A DNA stretch of 60,931 bases, the filler included, from Squatina squatina (lineage: Eukaryota): the NCBI GenBank assembly GCA_031763465.1. It is 4 parts of 4 records of this genome, joined end to end, with 100 filler letters (N's around TTAATTAATTAA, not from the genome) between each part and the next. Parts side by side here need not be neighbours in the genome. Positions count along the whole stretch, not along the records: positions 1 to 16,679 come from JARFOE010000235.1; positions 16,780 to 31,541 come from JARFOE010000043.1; 2 more parts are not named here. One strand, 5' to 3'. The notes under the pieces were generated by a model. It did no database searches. It saw only the letters and a program-made list of their open reading frames with translations, and had not been told where the DNA came from. The translations under genes were made by a program, and so were the position numbers. This document shows, in pieces, positions 13,325 through 25,240 of the stretch (positions within the stretch are counted from its first letter, which is position 1; the number at the start of each line of letters is the position of its first letter).

Positions 13325-14029
13325 GGTTTCACCTCTGCTGCACCATATAGAAGCTCAAGGAGATTTTATGGTTCACTTTTCTCCCCCCATCTTCTTGAAG
13401 AAAGGTGATGTTTCTGAGGATCGGCACAGGGGCTGGAACCTGCCCATCATGGACCCGCAATCTGCTCCATCAGCGCCTCTGTGCTTACAGGAGAATCTTT
13501 TTCATCTCGCTCCGAGCCTACAACACCTGCAGTAGTCCAGCTCAATGCACCAGTCTGGTTAAACCCAGCCTACATCCCAGTCTCATGCAATGAGGAACAA
13601 TAATGCCACTACTGTTTATTCTGTACTCGACGATGGGAATCAAGCTACTTGCTGCCAATCAAAATGCTTTTGCTCAAATAAGATGCGANNNNNNNNNNNN
13701 NNNNNNNNNNNNNNNNNNNNNNNNNNNNNNNNNNNNNNNNNNNNNNNNNNNNNNNNNNNNNNNNNNNNNNNNNNNNNNNNNNNNNNNNAGATACTAAACA
13801 GAACAGAATTCCAGTTATTACTTGTCGTAAGTATTCCCAGAGGCCAATTGCAGCACATCCACTACTAAACCAGCTACCTCAACAAAGATTGAATTTGGGA
13901 CCTTTCGATTCATATAGCTCAGTACTTGAACTTATCCATAAGCCACAGTCAACCTTTGTGGATTGAATGGGAAACATTCTAACATCTGGTTTTAATAATT
14001 TATTGAATGTTGACAAAATGGCTTCTTAC

Positions 14030-14080
14030 ATTGTTCTTGATCACCGTTTCAAGTAGTCTCTTTCCCCTGCTGATCTGCAT
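14030..14080 (-). CDS. DBF4B: DBF4-family exon (MQISRGKRLLETVIKNN)
   Basis: Matches the SRGK-x-LL-x-K-x-I motif of DBF4/DBF4B; 51 nt with ttctttcag and gtaaga boundaries; position and strand fit DBF4B between ADAM11 and CCDC43. Confidence 0.7.
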
Positions 14081-15339
14081 CTGAAAGAAAGATTAGTTAC
14101 AAACACCAGAGTAATATTTCAGGACAGTACACTTCTGGAAGGATGAATGCCACTGCAGTGTGGAAAATAACCACAGCCAGATGTCAGAACTGGCTCCTAC
14201 TACTTGACACCTATTGTTTTACTTTTTACCTAGTTGAAAAATCAGGTGCAACATTATTAGAAAATAAATTTGCTGCAAATTTCACATTAAAAATCAATCT
14301 CTTATTGCACACATTTGCAATATGTAGTTCCAAGAGGAAATCCGGAAACATATGTTCAGCAGCCCATGTTAAAAGCAATGGGCCAAGTAGTAATATTCTG
14401 GAACTAGCAGCTACAATCAGCCTTAGCACTAGGTGGAAGAGGGAGAAAAGATTTTCCACTCCAGATCCAGCAACACCTAGTCTATGAGCCTGTTGACAGA
14501 ATCAGATAATGACTCCAACAGTCAAATAGCCTACTGACACTTAATGTTAACAATCACATGAAAAACAGGTGATGGGGAAGAACAGCATCAGTGGAATTAA
14601 ACATTGGTCACCCTTTTGGCAGAAGCAGGGTAAATTGAGGAAAGGGGAATAAATACCAGAATAGTCAGTCAAACAACTGCAGTTATCATTTTCAGGTAGG
14701 GCTTTGGATATTTTAATTATATCCATTTTTAAGAGCGAAAAATATCAGCCTGCTTCAACCAAACATAGCAAAATCGTGAAAATTTCCATTGGCATATTTG
14801 ATACTTTCAATTCTAAATCTAACTGAAAAAAGGCTAAAAATTGAGAGTTCAGCGTTAGAGGCACTCAATGATGTCATCATTGGGGGCAGTGCCCAAAATG
14901 GCCACCTGCAGGGAAATTCGATAAAGCTGATAAGCCTTAAAACTAGTGGTGTAAACGCCCAATTCTTTGGGCGGTGACATCACTGATCTCATGATTTTCA
15001 GTGCTATATAAAGGATTTGGAGGGGGCTTCATTGTAACTTTGAATCAGAGCGCGCTGCCACTCACATCATTTGATTTTTAACTTTTCAGCCTCANNNNNN
15101 NNNNNNNNNNNNNNNNNNNNNNNNNNNNNNNNNNNNNNNNNNNNNNNNNNNNNNNNNNNNNNNNNNNNNNNNNNNNNNNNNNNNNNNNNNNNNNTCAGAA
15201 AATAAAGTATTTACAAAAGACCAAACTAACTTTGAACCGCGTACGTGAGTCTGTATTTGTTCGTCTTGAATTCACTTAATTTTTCCTCTGAAGCAGGCTG
15301 TATATAAATCTGCAGTTTTACTGTTGTTATTTCTTTCAG

Positions 15340-15430
15340 GATGAAGATTCATTAGCAATCATTTGCAAAGAAATAATTCAAAAGTGGTCTGAGACCACAA
15401 ACAATATCACACAAGAGAAAAATGTTGAAG
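15340..15430 (+). CDS. CCDC43: CCDC43 internal exon (DEDSLAIICKEIIQKWSETTNNITQEKNVE)
   Basis: Similar to human EEDSLLNICKEIVERWSETQN; AG/GT flanked. Confidence 0.88.
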
Positions 15431-15671
15431 GTAAAGATCAGGATAATCTCAGATGTCCAATAATTGCTGTTCTTTTTTTTGCATATTTTAAATGCATGAA
15501 GTCAATAAATTGGGTGAGTATGCATTATAACTATGCAGGATATTTGTTTTATTTGTACAAATGTTAAAGTTTGTTATGAAGATAATATCAGAAGGAGAAA
15601 CCATTGCTTCTTTTCGTATTCTAAATATAAAACTTTAATATCTAACTGGGGTTCTTCTGTCTGATTTTAAG

Positions 15672-15807
15672 ATGAAGTACACACCATTGCAAGTCTGATT
15701 GAGAAACAGGCTCAGATTGTTGTGAAACAAAAAGGTGCTTCAGAAGAGGAGAAATCTAGGAAAGCTGCAGTTCTTGCACAATATGCGAATATAACGGATG
15801 ATGAGGA
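15672..15807 (+). CDS. CCDC43: CCDC43 internal exon ([45 protein letters not shown])
   Basis: Strong match to CCDC43; followed by U12 donor ATATCCTTT. Confidence 0.92.
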
Positions 15808-16076
15808 ATATCCTTTTTATATTGCTTTCTTAGGAAGAAGAATTGAGATANNNNNNNNNNNNNNNNNNNNNNNNNNNNNNNNNNNNNNNNNNNNNNNNNN
15901 NNNNNNNNNNNNNNNNNNNNNNNNNNNNNNNNNNNNNNNNNNNNNNNNNNCAATGGTTATGTATCCTATCTGAAACAGCCATGTGATCAAATGAACACTG
16001 TCAACCACCAGCTCATCATCCGCTGATGTTATTTGTTACTCACAGCTTAAACCTTTAGTTTCTTTAACTTGAGCAC
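15808..16076 (+). other. CCDC43: U12-type AT-AC intron (contains a 100-N gap)
   Basis: 5' site ATATCCTTTT, branch point TTTCTTTAAC at about 16059-16068, terminal AC at 16075-16076. Confidence 0.88.
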
Positions 16077-16132
16077 TGAAGATGAAGAAGCCCATGGAAC
16101 AAGTGGATCCTTTAACTTTGATAGTGATAAAT
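16077..16132 (+). CDS. CCDC43: CCDC43 56-nt exon (EDEEAHGTSGSFNFDSDK), followed by U12 donor GTATCCTTT
   Basis: Frame continues from the previous exon; acidic stretch and SDK end match CCDC43. Confidence 0.85.
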
Positions 16133-16319
16133 GTATCCTTTTTCCAATGCATTTATTTTGGTATAAGTGGTCTTCTATTGATAGCTAAATGGGCAAAGAA
16201 GTTGTGGCTTCTTAACTTACAATAATTAAATATAATGGAACATGCCTTTCTAGGTTTATGTAACTTTCTCACTGGGGCCACTGACAATCAGCAACTGCTG
16301 CCCATATAAAAATATTCAG

Positions 16320-16630
16320 GCTGAATATAAAAAGTACAGGGAAATGAAAAAAGAAATAAGAGGGACAAAGAGACAGTATGAGAATAGATTGGTGGCTAAC
16401 ATAAAAGGGAATCCAAAGGCCTCCTATAGCCATATTACAGTAAAGAGGTTGTCAGAGGAGCGGTGGGGCCGATTAGGGACCAAAATGGAGATCTGTTGGT
16501 GCAGGCCGAAGGCATAGCTGAGGTACTGAGTGAGTACTTTGCATTGGTGTTTACCAAGGTCAAGACTTTGCCAAAGTTATGGTAAACAAGGAGATGGTTG
16601 GGATACTAGATAAGATAAAAAAAAAAGAGG
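16320..16630 (+). mobile_element. CR1 LINE ORF2 fragment
   Basis: Encodes YENRLVANIKGNPKA...MAEVLSEYF-like CR1 motifs. Confidence 0.75.
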
Positions 16631-16679
16631 TATTCTTCTTGGGCAGTCCCTCGAGGTCAAGGATGACTTGCGTCCACTC

Positions 16680-16779
16680 NNNNNNNNNNNNNNNNNNNNN
16701 NNNNNNNNNNNNNNNNNNNNNNNTTAATTAATTAANNNNNNNNNNNNNNNNNNNNNNNNNNNNNNNNNNNNNNNNNNNN
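16680..16779. other. Artificial scaffold-joining linker
   Basis: 44 N + TTAATTAATTAA (stops in all six frames) + 44 N. Confidence 0.95.
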
Positions 16780-16832
16780 AGTACTTCCCATCAACTCTCT
16801 GGGTTGTTTCCAAAGTTCATTCTTTCGCAAGG

Positions 16833-17160
16833 TGTCAGCTTTTGCTCAGTGGGAAGCACTCTCACCTCTGAATCACACTAGTTGTGGATTCAAGCCCCCC
16901 TCCAGAGCCTTGCGCACATAATCCAGGCTGACATTGAACTGAGGCCCCATCTGCCCTCTGAGCTGGATGTCAAAGATCCCATGGCACTATGTTGAAGAAG
17001 AGCAGAGAGGAGTTCTCCTCGGTGCCCTGGCCAAAATTTATCTCTCAAACGTCATCACTAAAACCGATTATCTGGTCATTACCTAATTGTGGGAGCTTGC
17101 TGTGTGCAAATTGGCTGCCGCCTTTCCTACATTGCAATAGTGACAACGCTTCAAAAGTGT
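16833..17160 (+). mobile_element. tRNA-headed Deu-domain SINE (SacSINE1/AmnSINE1-like)
   Basis: A/B boxes, then core ...aaagatcccatggcacta...gaagaagagcag...ttatctggtcatt...gtgggagcttgctgtgtgcaaattggctgcc; several copies in the window. Confidence 0.8.
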
Positions 17161-17669
17161 TTCACTGAACAAAACTTAGCTCAAACCCCTGTCGAAAATT
17201 TGCAAACCTGCGGAGATTGCAGTTTAAGAGTGAGCAGTCGGTGTGGTGAAGCAGAGCTGGGGGGCTGTTACTTTGTGGCTCCTACTATATTTTACAAGAA
17301 GGAGCTTTCTGTGTCATTTCCAAACTTCATCCTTTCTCAACCACAATCCTCCAGCATTGTGAAAATGATGGCACTTCGACCCCAACTGCTGCTGGTTTTC
17401 TATTTAAGATGTCTGTTCACCTTTCTCCCCCACCACCACCCCCATCCATGTTCTTGAAGGCACAACCTGTTGCAAGGATGCACTTGTCTGAGCACAGGCT
17501 GTCTGCTGATGATTCGTTCAGGTGGCCAGTCTTCATATGCGAGCTTACAGGGTCCTACCCACGCCTGATGTCCACACACTTGCCTTTTCCAGCAAGGATT
17601 ACTGGCAATCAGGAGCGGGAACCCTGGCTGATTTCCTCTTCCTCCCCTCCTCACCTCCCTACCCAACTG

Positions 17670-18110
17670 TTGCCTGGCCTGGGGAACTTTAGCTATGAGG
17701 AAAGAGCGGACGGGCTGGGGTTGTTTTCTCTGGAACAGAGGAGGCTGAGGGGAGAGCGAATTGAGGTGTATAAAATTATGAGGGTCTAGATAGAGTGGAT
17801 AGGAAGGTCCTATTCCCCTTTTTGAGGGGTCAATAACCAGATTTAGGGCAACAGGTAAGAGATTTCGAGGGAATTTGGGGGAAATTCTTTTCACGCAGAG
17901 TGTGGTGGGGATCTGGAACTCTCTGCCTGAAAGGTAGAGGCAGAAACCCTCAACCTTTCAAAAGTACATAGATGTGCACTTGAAGCGCCGTAACCTCCAA
18001 GGCTTGGGACCAAGAGTCAGAAAGTGGGATTAGGCTGCACAGCTATTTGTTGGCCGGCGCAGACACAATGGGTTGAATGGCCTCCTTCTGTGCTGTAAAT
18101 TTCTATTGTC
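17670..18110 (+). mobile_element. CR1 LINE 3' end
   Basis: FSYEERADGLGLFSLEQRRLRGERIEVYKIM plus the CR1 3' UTR. Confidence 0.88.
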
Positions 18111-18747
18111 ACACAANNNNNNNNNNNNNNNNNNNNNNNNNNNNNNNNNNNNNNNNNNNNNNNNNNNNNNNNNNNNNNNNNNNNNNNNNNNNNNNNNNNN
18201 NNNNNNNNNNNNNNNNGTTGTGGGCCACACAGGATGCCATTTTCGTGAGGGCATTGTGAGCATGCGCCATTAGTATGCAGAGTCAGGAGATCATGATGTT
18301 AATCAGCGCTGCCATTTTCAACCTCAAAACTGGAGCCAATGCCCTCTCTTAGCCTCGCAGAGCTGAACAAGCATTCAACAGCAGGAGGAACCCTACGCCA
18401 GTGCTATTTAAAGGGGTCATCACCTACTTACTGGTCAGTTGCGGATTGATTTCTGCTAGCTGTTGCTGAGTTTGTACAAGTGATTGGTGCTCACAAGACT
18501 TCTTTAAAGTTGCCTGAAGTCTATAAGGAGTGGTTTGGCATGTGCTCAAGGACTTGGTACTGACTTGCAAGAAGTCTGCTCAGGCTAGTTGCTCCCAGAC
18601 ATGGGTACATTAACTTGTGTCCATCTTGGCCTACAGCATGACAGGGAAAATGAGCAGAGGCAACACAGAGCAGGATAAGCTGCTCAATGAGGCAGGAGAA
18701 GGAGGAAGTTGAGGGGGGTGGTGGGGTGAAGGGCTGTCAGCAGCAAG

Positions 18748-18997
18748 CCATATCCACCCAGAGTCTTCAGGGATCAACTTGCCTACCTCAACCTCAGCGA
18801 TGAACAGTGTGTGCAACAACTCCATTTTATTAAGGAGACACTCACAGAAATCTTCCACCTGCTGCGGGCAGAGCTGCAGCCTCAGTCCAGGGCAAGGACA
18901 ACATTGCCAGTGTCTGTAAAGTGACCAAGGCCTTGAACTTCCTCGCATCGGGCTTCTTCCAGGCTGGAGCAGGCGCCATCTCTAACATCTCCCAGCT
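18748..18997 (+). pseudogene. PIF/Harbinger transposase (HARBI1-like) N-terminal fragment, frameshifted
   Basis: PYPPRVFRDQLAYLNLSDEQCVQQLHF...LPVSVK / VTKALNFLASGFFQAGAGAISNISQ; frameshift near 18920; truncated by CR1 tails. Confidence 0.75.
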
Positions 18998-18999
18998 CA

Positions 19000-21161
19000 T
19001 AGAATCATAAGAACTTAAAAACACAAGAATCGGGAGCAAAAGTAAACCATACGGCCCTTGCAGCCTGTTCCGCCATTCAATAAGATCGAGGCTGACCTTC
19101 GACCTCAACTCCACTTTCCTGCCTGATCCCCATATCCCTTAATTCCCATAGAATCCAAAAATCTGGATTCTCAGAATCATAGAAGTTTATGGCAAAGTGG
19201 GGGCCATTCAGCCCATCGTGTCTGTGCCGGCCAAAAAAGAGCTATCCAGCCTTACGAGCATGATTCCAGGATTGAGGGACTTCAGTTACATGGAAAGACA
19301 AGAGAAGTTGGGGTTGTTCTCCTTACAGCAGAGAAGATTGAGCGGAGATTTGATAGAAGTCTTCACAATCATTAGGGGTCAAGATAGAGTAGATAAAGAG
19401 AAACTGTTCCCATTGGCGAACGGGTCGAGAACCAGAGGACACAGATTTAAGGTGATTGGCAGAAGAGCCAAAGCTGGTATAAGGAAAATCTATTTTTTAT
19501 GCAGCGAGTGGTTAGGATCTGGAATTCACTGCCTGAAAGAGTGGTGGAGACAGGGTGGTGGAAGCAAAATCAATCGTGGCTTTCAAAAGGAAACTGGATA
19601 AGTACCTGAAGGGAAAAAAATTACAGGGCTATGGGGAAAGGGTGGGGGAGTGGGACTAGCTGAAATGCTCTTGCAAAGAGCCAGCACAGTCTCGACGGGC
19701 CGAATGGCCTTCTGTGCTGTAACTATTCTATGATTCTATAATCCCACTTTCCAGCTCTTAATCCGTAGGCTTGTGGGTTACAGCACTTCAAGTGCATATC
19801 CAAGTAATTTTAAATGCTATGAGGGTTTCTGCCTCTACTACTATTTCAGGCAGTGAGTTCCAGACCCCCACTGTCCTCTGGCTGAAAAGAATTCTCCTCA
19901 AATCCCCTCTAACCTTCGACCAATTACATTAAATCTATGTCCCCTGGTTATTGACTCCCTGCCAAGGGAAACAGGTCGTTCTCACCCACTCTATCTAGGC
20001 TCCTCATAATTTTACATTTCAATTAAGTCACCCCTCAGCCTCCTCTGTTCCAAGAAAACAACCCCACCTTATTCAATCATTCCTCATAGCTAAAATTCTC
20101 CAGTCCTGGCAACATCCTTGTAAAACTCCTTTGTACCCTCTCTAGTGCAATCACATCTTTCCTATAATGTGGTGACCAGAACTATATGCAGTACTCTAGC
20201 TGTGGCCTAACTATTGTTTTAAATAGTTCAAGCATAACCTCCCTGCTCTCATATTCTATGCCTTTGCTAATAAAGAAAAGTATCCCGTCTGCCTTCTTAA
20301 CCACCTTGTCGACCTACCCTGCTACCTTCATGGACATGCACTCCAAGGTCTCTGTTTCTCTACACTTCTCAGTATCCTGTCATTTATTGTGTATTCATTT
20401 GCCTTGTTAGCCCTCCCCAAATGCATTACCTCACACCTCTCTGGATAGAATTCCATTTGCCAGTTTTCCGCCCACCTGACCATTGATATCTTCCTGCAGT
20501 CTACAGCAGTCTTCCTCACTATCAGCCGCATGGCCAATTTTTGTATCTTCTGCAAACCTCTTAACCATCTCCCCTATGTTGAAGTCTAAATCATTGACGT
20601 ATATCACAAAAAGTAAGGGACCCAGTACTGAGCCCTGCAGAACCCCACTGGACAAAGGCTTCCAGTCTAAAAACACTCATCGACCATTACCTTTTGCTTC
20701 CTGCCGCTGAGCCAATTTTGGATCCAACTTGCCATGGGCTTTTACTTTTCTGACCAGTCTGCCATGTGGGACCTTGTTAAATGCCTTACTAAAATCCATG
20801 TAGACAACATCCACTGCACTACCCTCATCAATCCTCTTTGTCACTTCCTCAAGGAATTTAATCAAATTTGTAAGGCATGACCTTCCCTGAACAAATCCAT
20901 GCTGACTATTCCTGATTAATCCATGCCTTTCTAAGTGACAGTTTATCCTATCTATCAGGATTGATTCTAGTAATTTGCCCACCACCGAGGTTAGACGGAC
21001 CAGCCTATAATTGTTCGGCCTTTCCCTCGTACCCTTTTTAAACAATGGTACTACATTTGCAGTCCTCCAATCCTCAGGTACCTCTCCTGTATCTGGTGAA
21101 GATTGGACAATGATCCTCAGAGCATCTACTATTTCCTCCCTGGCTTCCTTCAATAACCTGG
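19000..21161 (-). mobile_element. Stacked minus-strand CR1 LINEs, including an RT-encoding segment at 19740-21161
   Basis: PEDWRTANVVPLFKKG...NYRLVRLTSVVGKLLE...SQHGFVQGRSCLTNL...VYMDFSKAF; GVLQGSVLGPLLFVIY. Confidence 0.92.
19252..19740 (+). mobile_element. CR1 LINE 3' end inserted inside a minus-strand CR1
   Basis: MIPGLRDFSYMERQEKLGLFSLQQRRLSGDLIEVF; tail ttctatgattcta; the host element resumes at about 19740. Confidence 0.85.
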
Positions 21162-21261
21162 NNNNNNNNNNNNNNNNNNNNNNNNNNNNNNNNNNNNNNN
21201 NNNNNNNNNNNNNNNNNNNNNNNNNNNNNNNNNNNNNNNNNNNNNNNNNNNNNNNNNNNNN

Positions 21262-21800
21262 TCTGAGGAAGGATGTTCTTGCTATGGAGGGAGTGCAGCG
21301 AAGGTTCACCAGACTGATTCCTGGGATGGCAGGATTGATGTATGAAGAGAGATTGGGTTGATTAGGCTTATATTCACTCGAGTTTAGAAGAATGAGAGGG
21401 GACCTCTTTGAAACTTATAAAATTCTGATGGGACTGGACAGACTAGATGCAGGAAGGATGTTCCCGATGGTGCGGAAGTCCAGAACCAGGGGTCACAGCC
21501 TAAGGATATGGGGTAAGCCATTTACGAGTGAGATGAGGAGAAATTTCTTCACCCAGTGAGTGGTGAACCTGTGGAATTTTTTTTACCACAGAAGGCAGTT
21601 GAGGCCAAATCATTAAATATATTCAAGAAGGAACTAAATATAATATTTATGGCTAAAGAGATCAAGGGATATGGGGAGAAAGCAGGAACATGGTACTGAA
21701 TTTGGATGATCAGCCATGATCATATTTAATGGCAGAGCAGGCTCGAAGGGCCATATGGCCTACTCTTGATCCTATTTCCTATGTTTCTATGTTTCTATGA
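21262..21800 (+). mobile_element. CR1 LINE 3' end
   Basis: RKDVLAMEGVQRRFTRLIPGMAGLMYEERLG; tail (ttctatgt)n. Confidence 0.88.
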
Positions 21801-22561
21801 TGCACACGTAATAGCTGAGCCATTGGAGAAGTTGTGTATTTAATCTCTTCTTCCTGTCTTGCTGATCTTCTCTCCTCCATTCTTGTAAAGGCAGTGATGT
21901 CTGGCTGGAATATGGCTCTTGTCAGTTCTGTCACACTCTAGTACCTTATTCAGATGTTAGCAGGCTATTCAACCAAATCAGGACATCACAACCAGCCTTT
22001 TGTGTGCATATGTGCATAAAAGCCGGTGGGGTGGAGGGTGTCACTGGATAGTGGTCAGGACTGGGATCGCACACTGGGGAATTGGCCATATAAGTTTATA
22101 CTGTAGCACTCTATAGCAGCATAATCATTTCCACAATGTCCAATATATCACTGTCCCGCTGGAAAATTCTCAAATTAGTTGGTGCTGACCTCTGGTTAGC
22201 TGTCTGTTTGTGACCACTTGCGAATCTTATCCAGGCCCTTAAGAAAGCATTAAGTTGAAATTATTCAGATTCTCACTGGGAAAGAAGGAAAATCAGAATT
22301 GCGTTTTGCCCACAAACACTGATATTATCCCAGCAGCCAGTTCAAGGATCCTGATGTCTACGGTACTTACTGCATGTGCAATTCTGCGATATGGGTTCAG
22401 GCTCTTCCTGTCTTTGCCATATTTTATGTTAGATTACTCTGTTTGTTTTCCGTTTCCGATCTTATGCCCCACTCCAGGGAATTGAGCTCATTATCTAGGC
22501 TGACACTTGCTCGCAATACTGATATGTTAAACTGAAGTCCTGTCTACCTGTTCAGGTGGAC

Positions 22562-23045
22562 TTTTTTTTTTCGTTCCTGGGATGTGGGCGTCGCCCTTCT
22601 CTAGCTGCCCTTGAGAAGGTGGTGATGAGCCACTTTCTTGAACCACTGCAGTCCATGTGGTGAAGGAACTCCCACAGTGCTGTTAGGGAGGAAGTTCCAG
22701 GATTTTGACCCAGTGAGGATGAAGGAACGGCGATAGACTTCCAAGTCAGGATAGTGTGTGACTTGGAGGAGAACTTGCAGGGTGGTGTGCCCATGTGTAT
22801 TGCTGCCCTTGCCCTTCTAGGTGGTACAGGTCATGGGTTTGGGAGGTGCTGTCAAAGAAGCCTTGGTAAGTTGCTGCCATGCATCTTATAGATGGTGCAC
22901 ACTGCAGCCACGGTGCACCGGTGGTGGAGGGAGCGAATGTTGAAGGTGGTGGATGGGGTGTCAATCAAGCGGGCTGCTTTGTTCTGGATGGTGTCGAGCT
23001 TCCTGAGTGTTGTTGGAGCTGCACTCATCCAGGCAAGAGGAGGGT
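22562..23045 (-). mobile_element. Non-LTR retrotransposon 3' end (CR1-group, Crack/Daphne-like)
   Basis: LAWMSAAPTTLRKLDTIQNKAARLI...SLHHRCTVAAVCTIYKMH, ending in an A-rich tail. Confidence 0.65.
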
Positions 23046-23246
23046 ACATAAGAACATAAGAAATAGGAGCAGGAATAGGCCATTTGGCCCCTCAAGCATG
23101 CTTCGCCATTCAGTGAGATCATGGCTGGTCTGATTCTGACCTCAACTCCACTTTCCTGCCTGTTCCCTGTAACCTTTGACTCCCTTGTTGCTCAAAAATC
23201 TGTCTATCTCAGCCTTGAATATATTCAATGACTCAGCCTCCACAGC
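23046..23246 (-). mobile_element. CR1 LINE 3' tail
   Basis: acataagaacataagaaataggagcagg tail, same family as the copy at about 19000. Confidence 0.7.
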
Positions 23247-23654
23247 NNNNNNNNNNNNNNNNNNNNNNNNNNNNNNNNNNNNNNNNNNNNNNNNNNNNNN
23301 NNNNNNNNNNNNNNNNNNNNNNNNNNNNNNNNNNNNNNNNNNNNNNCTAAATTCATCTTGTAGGACCTCATTTGCTCGAGTTTAGAGGAATGAGAGGGGA
23401 TCTCATTGAAACTTATAAAATTCTGACGGAATCGCAAGAAATGCCGGCTCCCGCCCCGTAAGCACCCCAACAGGGTGCGAATGAATTTCGGCCCCTGACT
23501 CTTCCTGGGTACAATTATATGAGTGCCTCAGCGAAGTGGCTATTCCTGAGGTGTACCTCTGGACAGTGACTGTTAACAGCTGGGAGGAGGAGGAGTTCTA
23601 TCAGAGCCGAGGTCTTACCTGTCCACAGCTGTCATCCACATAGGCAATATAAAT

Positions 23655-24392
23655 TCAAGGGTACGATCCTAAAGCGGGTGCATGAACAGAGGGACCTGGG
23701 GATATATGTGCACAATTCGTTGAAGGTGGCAGGGCAGGTTGAGAAAACAGTTAAAAAAGCTTAAGGGATCCTGGGCTTCGTAAATAAAGGCATAGAGTAC
23801 AAAAGCAAGGAAGTTATGATGAACTTTTATAAAACTCTGGTTCGGCCTCAACTGGAGTACTGTGTCCAATTCTGGGCACCGCACTTTAGGAAGGATGTGA
23901 AGGCTTTAGAGAGGGAGCAGAAAAGATTTACAAGAATGGTTCCAGGGATGAGGGACTTCAGCTATGTGGATAGACTGGAGAAGCTGGCATTGTTCTCCTT
24001 AAGAGCAGAGAAAGTTGAGAGAAGATTTGATAGAGGTGTTCAAAATCATGAGGGGTCGAGAGTAGATAGAGAAACTGTTCTCATTGGCGGAAGGGTCGAG
24101 AACCAGAGGACACAGATCTAAGGTGATTGGCACAAGATCAAAAGGTGACATGAGGAAAACATTTTTATGCAGCGAATGGTTAGGATCTGGAATACACTGA
24201 CTGAAAGGATGGTGGAGGCAGATTCAGTTGTGGCTTTCAAAAAGGAATTGGATAAGTACCTGAAGGAAAAAAATTGGCAGGCTACAGGAAAAGGGCAGGG
24301 GTGTGGGACTGGCTGAAGTGCTCTTGCAGAGAACTGGCACAGGCTCGACGGGCCAAATGGCCTCCTTCTGTGCTGTAACCATTCTGTGACTC
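23655..24392 (+). mobile_element. CR1 LINE 3' end
   Basis: YKTLVRPQLEYCVQFWAPHFRKDVKALEREQKRFTRMVPG. Confidence 0.9.
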
Positions 24393-24770
24393 TAAATGGC
24401 TGACCCCTTATCCAGCGACTATGTCGCATAGTTCTAGATTCTCTCTATCCTGGAGAAACAGCCTATCAGCATCTACCCTGTCAGGCCCTTTTAAAATGTT
24501 TTTTGTGTTTCAATGACATCTCTCATTCTTCTAAACTGTTCTAGGCCCATTCTACTTATTTTACAACCTGAGTTTGAGAGTCCAGAGAGCCAGGGAGTGG
24601 ATAGCAAAGTGTGTTGTCAGACTCTTTATCAGACATACAGTCTTGGACGAGTCACAATTTCCTGAAGTTCNNNNNNNNNNNNNNNNNNNNNNNNNNNNNN
24701 NNNNNNNNNNNNNNNNNNNNNNNNNNNNNNNNNNNNNNNNNNNNNNNNNNNNNNNNNNNNNNNNNNNNNN

Positions 24771-25240
24771 TTTTTGAAGTGTAGTCATTGTTGTAATGTA
24801 GGAAACACGGCAGCCAATTTGTGCACAGCAAGCTCCCACAAACAGTAATGTGATAATGAGCAGATAATGTTTCTTTGTGATGTTGGTTGAGGGATAAATA
24901 TTGGCCAGGACACCGGGGATAACTCACCTATCTTCTCCAAAATAGTGCCGTGGGATCTTTTATGTCCACCTGAGAGAGCAGACAGAGCCTCGGTTGAACA
25001 TCTCCTCCAAAAGATGGTACGTCCAACAGTGCAGCACTCCTTCAGCACTGCACTGGGAGTGTCCGACAGTGCAGCGCTCCCTCAGCACTGCACTGGGAGT
25101 GTCAGCCTAGATTTTTGTGCTTAAGTCTGTGGAGGGGGACTTGAACCCACAACCTTCTGACTCAGAAGTGAGAGACAGAGAGTAAGATAGAGAGAGTGAG
25201 AGTGAGAGAGAGTCCTGCCCACTGAGCCACGGCTGGCACT
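24771..25240 (-). mobile_element. Deu-domain SINE with an internal duplication of about 39 bp and an (AG)n insertion in the head
   Basis: Reverse complement of the 16833 and 27710 copies; cagtgcagc..ctcc.tcagcactgcactgggagtgtc occurs twice at about 25028-25103. Confidence 0.8.

Noticed and set aside
16724-16735. Palindromic TTAATTAATTAA recurring three times
   Set aside because: Centred in N runs of identical length; a synthetic linker
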